Assembly (NCBI GenBank): GCA_012799205.1
Contig: JAAZLT010000178.1
Location: 13,213 to 77,212 of the forward strand
DNA: 64,000 nt
From: Clostridiales bacterium
GTDB taxonomy: Bacteria > Bacillota > Clostridia > Caldicoprobacterales > Xylanivirgaceae
Reading direction: 5' to 3'
Positions 37,262-44,608 of the stretch are shown here, in pieces. Made by a program: the position numbers and the translations under genes. The notes under the pieces were generated by a model. The model was not told the origin of the DNA. It did no database searches and saw nothing but the letters and a program-made list of their open reading frames with translations. The stretch's first letter is position 1; every line of letters begins with the position of its first letter.

Positions 37262-37882
37262 TCATTCATCATCTATTATAAGTCCATGGATACAATTATC
37301 ATATATAAAACTATCTATCTCACTGTAATTCCCCGTATTGTAAAACTTACTTAGGCGTATGTTAAATTCTTGTATATATTTTTCGGGTATGCTTAAGACT
37401 CCCTTGCCCCTGCTTATTAAAATCTTATTAGCTCCTAAAGTAGAAATCCTTTTATTCCCATTCCAAAATAGCCGACTTCTCATTCCCCATAAAAAATATC
37501 TGATAGCTCTCTCTGTGACATTTTCAATATCAAGAATGTTGTTTATCTCTTCTAAAACATATTCTCTCTTAGGAACAGGTGGAACATAATCTACGCCTGA
37601 TATGGATATTCTTCCATTTCTCAACACGCCCCATTCGAGGCTCCCATTTCTTGATACATAGTAATTGAGCTTGCATATAAATTCTAGATTGAATTCTTTT
37701 TCTATATTAGAAAAGAGATATCTCCAAGCATCCCTTAAGTTTAATATAACTTCCACGTCATCCATCTTAAGATTTGCCACACTTACTCCATCAAGAATAG
37801 TTTTTGTATCTGAAAAGGTTACATTACACCCCTCTAGCCTAGCACTATTATATATACTCTCTACAATCAGTTTTTTGGCCAA
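37262..37882 (-). CDS. Fic/Doc-family protein with degenerate active-site motif
   Basis: 206 aa. The N-terminal SARLEG matches the inhibitory (S/T)xxxE(G/N) motif. The core reads RLFWNGNKRIST, which has a Doc-like GNKR but no catalytic His of HxFx(D/E)GN(G/K)R. Confidence 0.6.
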   Translation of the reverse strand: MAKKLIVESIYNSARLEGCNVTFSDTKTILDGVSVANLKMDDVEVILNLRDAWRYLFSNIEKEFNLEFICKLNYYVSRNGSLEWGVLRNGRISISGVDYVPPVPKREYVLEEINNILDIENVTERAIRYFLWGMRSRLFWNGNKRISTLGANKILISRGKGVLSIPEKYIQEFNIRLSKFYNTGNYSEIDSFIYDNCIHGLIIDDE

Positions 37883-37985
37883 GAATATATTTTGCTCAGT
37901 GTTAAATTATATTTATCCTTAAACAATGGCTGCACCTCTCTCCAATCAATTCCTATATTATTCATTCAAAATTCAATTCTTAGCT

Positions 37986-39080
37986 CTAATCCTCCAAAAA
38001 CTTCAATATATCCATGGCAGAGGGAGGACATCCCGGTACATGCTTTACAAATCCTCTTGTACACTGCCCTACGCCAAGCCCTGTATCTTTAACTTTCCCC
38101 TTAAAATATTGACCTATATATACCTTTTCATCAATTTTACCTAACTCTCCCCTGGTCCTTAGTCTATCCATAGCATGTATTAAACTACCATAGCAGGCAG
38201 AACATGCATCTCTTTCTTCAATATATTTAGCAAACAGTCCTACCTTATCTATTCCCCTATCTATCTTTACACTCTCACTAGTATTTAGCTCTATAATACT
38301 ATCTTCTGACCAATTGCTACTTCCTACACCTATATCCTCTGCAATTGCTATATAGGGAATGTCCTCTATATCAAATCCTAAGAGATTAGCTGCATAGCTA
38401 TCCATCATGACTGGGTCTGTACCTGCCAATATGCGGTTCATTCTAACAGGGTTTCCACCTTCCTCAAAGTTTAAATCTCCCATTATGCCATCTACAATGA
38501 TAAGGTCTTGCCTTATGGCCTTGTTTAAATAGCCAATAGGCTTGTGCAGCCCCATGGTGTGATATCTTCTCTTTTCTGAATTTGGTATGCAGCCTTTCAT
38601 ATTCTTAAGGGCGCATGTAATTTTTGTCTGGCAATGCCCCTTTAGTACTGGCACATTTATTAGATAGTCTATTTTGTCCATCTCACTGCATATATCTAGC
38701 TTTAAGCCATTAACATTTCGCTCTAATGGGCTATCCTTTTGTAGATCTATAAGTGGCACATCATAGCGCCTTGAAATATCTTCATAACCACATACTTTAA
38801 AGGCTCTAGAGGTTCTATCCCCAATCCAGGAGCCCTCCATAATACTTATATCTTCATAGCCTTTTCCCTTAAAATATTCTATAATCCCCTCTACAATCTC
38901 TGGCGATGTTGTGGCGCCGCTAGTTGAAGGTCTTGCTAGAACTAGGTTAGGCTTTATCCCAATCTTTGCGGTCTTTGGAATTCCCCTTTCCGGCTTCATC
39001 TCGTTTAAGGTCTCAATGACCATAGACTTTGGTTTATCACCATAGATTATATATATATTATTATTCTGCATATAGATCAC
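37986..39080 (-). CDS. DUF362 domain protein (putative Fe-S binding)
   Basis: 364 aa. KIGIKPNLV and the VPVLKGHCQT core are typical of DUF362. C-terminal Cys motifs CSACYGSL and GQCTRGFVKHVPGCPP. Confidence 0.7.
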   Translation of the reverse strand: MIYMQNNNIYIIYGDKPKSMVIETLNEMKPERGIPKTAKIGIKPNLVLARPSTSGATTSPEIVEGIIEYFKGKGYEDISIMEGSWIGDRTSRAFKVCGYEDISRRYDVPLIDLQKDSPLERNVNGLKLDICSEMDKIDYLINVPVLKGHCQTKITCALKNMKGCIPNSEKRRYHTMGLHKPIGYLNKAIRQDLIIVDGIMGDLNFEEGGNPVRMNRILAGTDPVMMDSYAANLLGFDIEDIPYIAIAEDIGVGSSNWSEDSIIELNTSESVKIDRGIDKVGLFAKYIEERDACSACYGSLIHAMDRLRTRGELGKIDEKVYIGQYFKGKVKDTGLGVGQCTRGFVKHVPGCPPSAMDILKFLED

Positions 39081-39368
39081 TTCCTTTTTTTAAGCTCTGA
39101 TAGCGGAATATGAAGAAACGGTAGACAGTCCTTCTGCGATTCTAGGACGAGTTTATATTAACTTTGTAAATCCTTCCTTTAATATGTTCTGTTTTTCGAG
39201 GGAGAAACCCTCTTTATCCAATAGATTTACTATATCCTTAGAGTCAAGTCCATCTAAACATCTCCTTTTATAATATTATCAATATCCATTTCGCACTCTT
39301 TCTCTATTAATATATAATTTAGTCCATACCTTTCACAGAGCATAAAATTATTATCATAATTATATCAT

Positions 39369-39406
39369 AAAAAAGACCGCAAATTGACATTTAATCAATT
39401 GCGGCC
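39369..39406 (-). terminator. Intrinsic terminator overlapping the end of the DUF134 gene
   Basis: Minus RNA GGCCGCAAUUGA-N8-UCAAUUUGCGGUC followed by UUUUUU. Confidence 0.65.
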
Positions 39407-39763
39407 CCTTCCACCCCTGAATCTACGCCTATTTCTATAGCATCTGCCACATCTTTCATCTTCCTCTAACTGGTTACATAATCTATAATGCCCACCCTCT
39501 ATTTTAAGCACCTTTCCATTTACAATGCTATCTGCAATCTTTTGCCTTGCAATCTCATAGAGCCTTTGCACTGTAGATCTTCCTATCTCCATAAATTCGG
39601 CACACTCTGCCTGGGTAAACCCCTCATGGTCGATATGCCTTATGGTTTCATATTCCTCTACAGTCATATTTATATAATCATCTGTAATATCGTCCATATA
39701 GGGCCCAAAAGCATCTATAGCCGGCATACTACAAACCCTTTTATGTTTTCTTGGTCTAGCCAT
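39395..39763 (-). CDS. DUF134 (UPF0251) predicted DNA-binding protein
   Basis: MARPRKHKRVC...P, a sigma-70 region-4-like HTH (FTQAECAEFMEIGRSTVQRLYEIARQKIA) and a C-terminal Cys/Arg-rich tail. Confidence 0.8.
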   Translation of the reverse strand: MARPRKHKRVCSMPAIDAFGPYMDDITDDYINMTVEEYETIRHIDHEGFTQAECAEFMEIGRSTVQRLYEIARQKIADSIVNGKVLKIEGGHYRLCNQLEEDERCGRCYRNRRRFRGGRGRN

Positions 39764-39792
39764 ACAATCACCATACTTTCTAGTACAAATTT

Positions 39793-39828
39793 AAAGCAAA
39801 ATATATAGGGGATCTCTCCCCTATATAT
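39793..39828 (-). terminator. Perfect 12-bp stem terminator/attenuator between DUF5320 and DUF134 genes
   Basis: ATATATAGGGGA-TCTC-TCCCCTATATAT. On the minus RNA it is followed by UUUUGCUUUAAAUUU. Confidence 0.65.
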
Positions 39829-39845
39829 TCTCTGTACTACTCAAT

Positions 39846-40145
39846 TTATCCTTCTAGTTCTTTCTCTATGGCTTCGAGCTCTGCCTCTAAGAGTTCCTTT
39901 TCCCTTAAGAGGATCTCTTTTTCTTCCTCGGGACTTATTCTATATGCTCTAGGGGCTACATCATAGCCGTATCCATATGGAACTCTCCCATAGCCATACC
40001 CTCGGCCAAAGCCTCTTCCAAATCCTAGCCCCATTCCTCTGCGTCCATAAAACCTGCGTCCACCTCTATAATCTCCACAATAACCAAAACCTCTCCCAGT
40101 CATAGGGCCCATTCCCATTGGACCTGTTCCGTCAAATCTGGGCAT
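39846..40145 (-). CDS. DUF5320 protein (Gly/Arg/Tyr-rich N-terminal half, C-terminal coiled coil)
   Basis: MPRFDGTGPMGMGPMTGRGFGYC... followed by EEEKEILLREKELLEAELEAIEKEL. This is typical of DUF5320. Confidence 0.75.
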   Translation of the reverse strand: MPRFDGTGPMGMGPMTGRGFGYCGDYRGGRRFYGRRGMGLGFGRGFGRGYGYGRVPYGYGYDVAPRAYRISPEEEKEILLREKELLEAELEAIEKELEG

Positions 40146-40190
40146 GAAATCAACCTCCTAAATGATTTCGGGCATATACCCGTTATGATT

Positions 40191-40240
40191 AGTCTATAAC
40201 GATTATGGGTATATGTCAATAATTATTATAACCCATAATC
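40191..40240 (-). promoter_or_regulatory. Putative promoter (TTGACA-17-TAGACT) bracketed by perfect 10-bp inverted repeat GATTATGGGT-N20-ACCCATAATC
   Basis: The arms are at 40201-40210 and 40231-40240. The -35 (complement of 40214-40219) lies inside the spacer. One arm fills the -35/-10 spacer. Confidence 0.4.
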
Positions 40241-40332
40241 ACATTTTTTATGCCTATATGCACCATTTCTACAAACTAGCAGAGCTTTCCTAATTTTTTC
40301 ATTAATTTAGTCCATGTATTTCCCATTTTGTT

Positions 40333-40689
40333 TTATTTTTGATCTAGATAGTGTTCATGACATATACTTTCCGTAGATTTCAGTTGGCCTTTTATATATT
40401 TTTCTATTACATCATCACATAAACCCTGCGCTCCCACAACCACTTCGATTCCGTTTTTATCAAATATTGTCTGTGCATTTGAACCCATACCATCTGCTAT
40501 TATTATATCTACGCCGCCTTCTTTTAAAAAATTTGGTAAAAAGCCAGGTCTATGTCCAGGGTTTTCTACAAATTTTTTATCTTCTATATTCCCCTCTTTA
40601 ACATCATATATCATAAACCCCTCACAATATCCAAAATGTTGGCTTACTCTTTTATCTTCACATGCAATGGCTATTTTCATATTATTCAT
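40333..40689 (-). CDS. NifB/NifX-family (dinitrogenase FeMo-cofactor-binding-like) small protein
   Basis: 118 aa. MKIAIA...V..HFG.C..F.IYD...PGHRPGFLP.FL...GVD.IIA.GMG is the typical NifX/NifB-C fold pattern. Confidence 0.8.
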   Translation of the reverse strand: MNNMKIAIACEDKRVSQHFGYCEGFMIYDVKEGNIEDKKFVENPGHRPGFLPNFLKEGGVDIIIADGMGSNAQTIFDKNGIEVVVGAQGLCDDVIEKYIKGQLKSTESICHEHYLDQK

Positions 40690-40692
40690 CTC

Positions 40693-41559
40693 CTAAAATA
40701 TAATATTTTCTATATTTCTCCACATAGTCTCTATAGCCTTAGCTGCTTTGCTACCTTTATAATATGTTATTGGCTTTAGATTATATATGGACTCCATTAT
40801 TGTTTCATCATATGGAATCTTACCTACGAGCTTTAGGTTTTCGGTTTGTGCGAACTCTAATATTTTATTGCTCATATTTTCATTTATATCAAACTTGTTT
40901 ATACATACCATAGGATCTATATCAAACTGCCTAGACAGCTCTACCACTCTTTTAAGATCCAATAACCCCGATTGGGTAGGTTCTGTGACTGCCAAAACTG
41001 CATCGCTTCCAGTGACAGATGCAATTACTGGGCAGCCTATACCAGGCGATGCATCTATTATGGTAAGCTTATCTCTTTTTATATCTTTCTGCTTTTGTCC
41101 ATGTTCTATTGCATTTTCCCTAAGACGTGTTATAAGTAGGCCAGATCCATCGCTCCCTATCCCCATATCGGCTCTTGATAGGATTCCATCCTCTAGCTTT
41201 GTTATCATGGCATCAGCGGCCTTTTCATCCTTTAGTAAAATTGCATCCTCAGGGCATACCAATACACAAGCTCCGCAGCCCTCGCAGGCAATTTCATCTA
41301 TAGTAAAGTTTTCTATTGCATCAAATCTACATACTCTTTCGCATTTTCCACATCTTGTACATCTTTCATTATCTATAATAGCTACTTTCCCGCCAAAAAA
41401 GTCCTCCCTGTATATATCTTTTCCCGGGTAATAAAGGTATAGATTGGAGGCATCCACATCGCAATCAACTCGCACAACATCTTTTGCAAGCTCTGAAATG
41501 GCCGCTGCAATGGTGGTCTTTCCGGTTCCGCCCTTGCCACTTAGAATTACTAAATCCAT
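40693..41559 (-). CDS. MinD/ParA-type P-loop ATPase with inserted 2x[4Fe-4S] ferredoxin domain
   Basis: Walker A SGKGGTGKTT. CTRCGKCERVC and CEGCGACVLVCP. 288 aa. Confidence 0.85.
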   Translation of the reverse strand: MDLVILSGKGGTGKTTIAAAISELAKDVVRVDCDVDASNLYLYYPGKDIYREDFFGGKVAIIDNERCTRCGKCERVCRFDAIENFTIDEIACEGCGACVLVCPEDAILLKDEKAADAMITKLEDGILSRADMGIGSDGSGLLITRLRENAIEHGQKQKDIKRDKLTIIDASPGIGCPVIASVTGSDAVLAVTEPTQSGLLDLKRVVELSRQFDIDPMVCINKFDINENMSNKILEFAQTENLKLVGKIPYDETIMESIYNLKPITYYKGSKAAKAIETMWRNIENIIF

Positions 41560-42413
41560 CTGAATACCTCCTCTATCTTTGACACTATATCATCAAATAT
41601 AACCTTTGTCTTGGGTAGCTCATATAATATGTCCCCGTTTGAATATGCTAAGGCTATATCGCTACTATAAGGAATGGAGCCAAGTATAGGAATATCTCTA
41701 TCTTTGCAGTACTCGGTTATCATATTATCTTTACTGCTCCCCTTATTTATTATAATGCTAAAGGGAATGTTAAATATATTTACCAATTTAACGGCCCTAT
41801 CTAAATCGTGAAGCCCAAATTTGGTAGGCTCTGTTACAAGTATTGCACTATCTGCAAATCTTAAAGAGGTTACCACATTGCAAGATGTCCCAGGGGGGCA
41901 ATCTATAATATTTATTCCGCTCTTTGTACCTTTAAGTAGCTCTCTTATAACTGTCACAGCTATTGGCTCTCCAATATCAAGCACACCCCTACTTGAATCT
42001 ATATCATAGCCTATGCCCCTTTCAATAAGACCAACTTTTCTATTAGCATAGTGCAGCGCGTCATATTTACATGCAATCTCACATGCACCGCAGCTATGAC
42101 AGAGCTTATTAAACACCACAATATCTTCCCCTACCTTGGCTAGGGCATTAAATTGACATGCATCTACGCAGTCGCCACATAGCGTACATTTTTCTTTATC
42201 TATCATAGGGTATTCTGACATTACCTCGACCTTTTCATATATATCTGGCTTTAAAAACACAAATCCATTTGGCTCCTCCACATCGCAGTCTATGTAATTT
42301 GCTTCCATTGCCAACGCCAGATTCGTAGAAATGGTGGTCTTGCCAGTCCCTCCCTTTCCGCTCAAAACCGCTATATTCATATTACAGACATCCATAAAAC
42401 TAAAATCCTCCAT
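41550..42413 (-). CDS. MinD/ParA-type P-loop ATPase with inserted 2x[4Fe-4S] ferredoxin domain (paralogue)
   Basis: SGKGGTGKTT, CTLCGDCVDAC and CHSCGACEIAC. By analogy with the paralogue, the real start may be the internal MNIAVLSG (42380). Confidence 0.85.
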   Translation of the reverse strand: MEDFSFMDVCNMNIAVLSGKGGTGKTTISTNLALAMEANYIDCDVEEPNGFVFLKPDIYEKVEVMSEYPMIDKEKCTLCGDCVDACQFNALAKVGEDIVVFNKLCHSCGACEIACKYDALHYANRKVGLIERGIGYDIDSSRGVLDIGEPIAVTVIRELLKGTKSGINIIDCPPGTSCNVVTSLRFADSAILVTEPTKFGLHDLDRAVKLVNIFNIPFSIIINKGSSKDNMITEYCKDRDIPILGSIPYSSDIALAYSNGDILYELPKTKVIFDDIVSKIEEVFRWI

Positions 42414-42762
42414 GTGAAGCTGGACCTGCTTTTTTAATCTCTGGTAGCTTCCCGTCGTTAAATCTGTCTAATGCATCCTGTATTACTATTTCATCGCTTT
42501 TGTAGGCCTTAATATCTGCCTTGTCAATTAGATGAAATGCATTAGGTCCTAGATTGCCTGTTATCACTACATCCACCTTTCGATCAATTATCTGCTGGGT
42601 TGCTGTTATAGCTGCACCACTTTCAGATTTTACGCCTTCATTTTTTATCACCTCTACCTCATTTGTATCGGTGTCCTTAATTAAAAAGTATTTACACCTT
42701 CCAAACCTCTTATCTAGTGTACTCTCTAAAGTCTCGCCCTTTGAAGAAATAGCTATTTTCAT
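42400..42762 (-). CDS. NifB/NifX-family small protein (paralogue)
   Basis: 120 aa. MKIAISSKGETLESTLDKRFGRCKYFLI...VDVVITGNLGPNAF. Confidence 0.8.
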   Translation of the reverse strand: MKIAISSKGETLESTLDKRFGRCKYFLIKDTDTNEVEVIKNEGVKSESGAAITATQQIIDRKVDVVITGNLGPNAFHLIDKADIKAYKSDEIVIQDALDRFNDGKLPEIKKAGPASHGGF

Positions 42763-42789
42763 AAAAATACCTCCCTAAATAATATAAAA

Positions 42790-42809
42790 TTATTGGCAAA
42801 TGCCAATAA
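42790..42809. promoter_or_regulatory. Perfect palindrome TTATTGGCA-AA-TGCCAATAA in the leader of the NifX/MinD cluster
   Basis: It has 9-bp arms and lies between the putative -10 and the RBS. On the minus RNA it is followed by UUUUAUAUUAUUU. It is an operator or leader-hairpin candidate. Confidence 0.35.
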
Positions 42810-42813
42810 CTTT

Positions 42814-42854
42814 ATATTATACTTTCTTATGGTTATTGTCAAATACCCATAACC
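42814..42854 (-). promoter_or_regulatory. Putative promoter (TTGACA, TATAAT/TAATAT) bracketed by TTATGGGT / AACCATAA inverted repeat
   Basis: The minus strand reads GGTTATGGGT-ATTTGACAAT-AACCATAAG-AAAG-TATAAT. The half-site is the same as at 40201-40240, with a 10-nt instead of a 20-nt spacer. Confidence 0.4.
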
Positions 42855-42865
42855 ACAATTATACA

Positions 42866-43517
42866 TTATTGTCTTAAATTCTGGCTATCCTTCACATAAT
42901 TTTTGAGAGTTCCTACGCCTTCTAATGTGATCTCTACTATATCTCCATCTTTTAGGGGCTCTACACCGCTAGGTGTTCCTGTAGTAATCATATCTCCCGG
43001 GCGTAGCGGGATCACATTTGATATGAACTCTATAAGTTCCTCTACATTCCATATGAGATTCTTTGTATTAGAGCTTTGTTTTATCTCACCATTTAGCTTA
43101 AGCTCAATATCTAGATTATTATAGGCTAAATCCGTGACTATATGGGGCCCTATGGGACAGAAGGTCTCAAAGTTTTTGCCTCTAGTCCACTGCCCATCCC
43201 CCCTTTGGATATCCCTAGCAGTCACATCGTTTAAGCATGTCACACCTAGTATATAGTCCTTTGCATCTTCCTTTTTTACCCTGCTGCAAAATTTCTTTAT
43301 GACAACTGCCATCTCTGCCTCATAGTCTACTCTATTTGACTCTTTTGGCAAAAATATTGTATCCTCTGGGCCTATTATGGTATGTGGCAGCTTTATAAAT
43401 AGGGTTGGAGTCTTTGGCACATCCCTATCACCAAATTCTTTTATATGATCCATATAATTAAGCCCCACAGCCACTATCTTTGTAGGTTTAATATTCTCTA
43501 AGCTTATCCTTTGCATA
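42866..43517 (-). CDS. Fumarylacetoacetate hydrolase (FAH) family protein
   Basis: KIVAVGLNYMDHIKE, the pattern YEAEMAVVI, GDMITTGTPSGV. I prefer the ATG at 43517 (GGAGAG 7 nt upstream) to the track TTG at 43531. Confidence 0.85.
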
Positions 43518-44216
43518 TGTTCACTCTCCAATTAATTTCTATCAAGGTCTTGTATATTTCATCTTTATCAAATGGACGACCATCTTTTTTTAATACCCTA
43601 TGACTACATGCTATGAGGCCTTGTTCTCTAATAGGGCCCTCGAGCTGTGCGGTTGCATTTTGCTCCATATCTATTATGTTTTTCTCCTGCCAGCTAAGTC
43701 TTTTAGCATCTTAATTGGCAACGGCCAAATATCTCCAAATACCAATACTCCTGTAGACACCCCTTCATCCACTAATCTCTCTACAATCCTCTTTACTGCT
43801 CCATAAGTAGATCCCCAAAAAAATATCAAGTATTCAGGATTATTAGCTCTTATTAATATTGGCTCTTCTATTTCTCCTTTTATGCCTTCTAGATTTTTCA
43901 TACGCTTGTTGACCATAGCCACTCTCATGGTGCTGCTTTCTGTTATATGACCCTTCTCATCATGTTCATCGCTAGATACTAATACAGTTTGCCCTTTTAC
44001 CTTTCCTAGTATGAGCCTTGGAGATATTTCATCCTCTGTAAGTTTAAACCTTTTATATCCCCCATTCCCTAAGGCATCCTCATCTGCCAAATACCTATCT
44101 ATGCTTATTCTACTAAAATCAAAGGACTCTACGACCATATTATAATCTGCTAAATGCTTGTCTATTAAGAGTATCATCGGCATCTGGTACTTATCTGCCA
44201 AGTTAAATGCCTTGCT
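43504..44216 (-). pseudogene. 2-oxoacid:ferredoxin oxidoreductase alpha-subunit (KorA/VorA-like) relic: N-terminal half missing, frameshift near 3' end
   Basis: The reading starts just after a stop, with SKAFNLADKYQMPMILLIDKHLA. After ...MLKDLAG the frame breaks at an A-run (GGAGAAAAAC). It continues in another frame as EKNIIDMEQNATAQLEGPIREQ...DEIYKTLIEIN. Confidence 0.6.
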
Positions 44217-44608
44217 TTAATTTTGCGTTGTTAAACCTAGTTTTCATTAATAGGTCCCATTACAATACCTCCAAATTTTAAATTTACTCTTATATAGATA
44301 TTGTAACGGTCAAGGCATACTTACTTCAAAGGTACTTTTTGTCCTGGAGGATATATGTTCATCAAAAATCATTTATGCACCCCTTAAGGTACTAGGCATA
44401 GTAATGGCTAATTTAGCACTGAGCCTTTTAGCCGATATCAGCGCAGTGAGCAGACACTAGTACTTGCCATGATGGAGATAGTAATAGTTAGGAAATATAT
44501 ATCCACATTTTGCACTATTCCTTTATATCCAGTCTCGTCTTCATTAGGCAGCTTTCTCATGATAACCTAAATCTAGAGCCAGCCAAGAAGTCAGCTAACT
44601 TATGCAAG

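Noticed and set aside
23900-37900. Calling the whole variable region a mobile element, genomic island or prophage
   Set aside because: There is no integrase, transposase, recombinase, tRNA attachment site, terminal inverted repeats or phage structural genes. Only duplications, pseudogenes and accessory content are present. It is reported as a plasticity region in the findings, not as a mobile_element feature.
39150-39345. Two short adjacent minus-strand reading frames (MLCERYGLNYILIEKECEMDIDNIIKGDV* and ...LDGLDSKDIVNLLDKEGFSLEKQNILKEGFTKLI*) that could be one frameshifted ~65-aa gene
   Set aside because: They are below the ORF-track threshold and have no recognisable family. The start and RBS are ambiguous. 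They may be a decayed small gene, so they are left unannotated.
40787-41431. 214-aa plus-strand ORF inside the MinD/ferredoxin gene. The same applies to 27803-28402, 1988-2431, 9847-10290, 12028-12462, 35486-35866, 6201-6596, 55987-56343 and other antisense track ORFs.
   Set aside because: All are fully nested opposite strongly supported CDSs with recognisable motifs. Their translations are Ser/Leu/Ile-rich and low-complexity, and they lack RBS and start context. This is typical of AT-rich antisense frames.
42790-42809. TTGGCA...TGCCAA looked like a sigma-54 (-24 TGGCA / -12 TTGC) promoter
   Set aside because: The GG and GC dinucleotides are only ~7 nt apart instead of the required 10. It is a simple palindrome, kept as an operator/hairpin candidate instead.
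44217-44608. Looked for the missing N-terminal half of korA or another gene in this gap
   Set aside because: All six frames are broken by frequent stops. The short readable stretch MRKLPNEDETGYKGIVQNVDIYF is not recognisably KorA. It is treated as debris.
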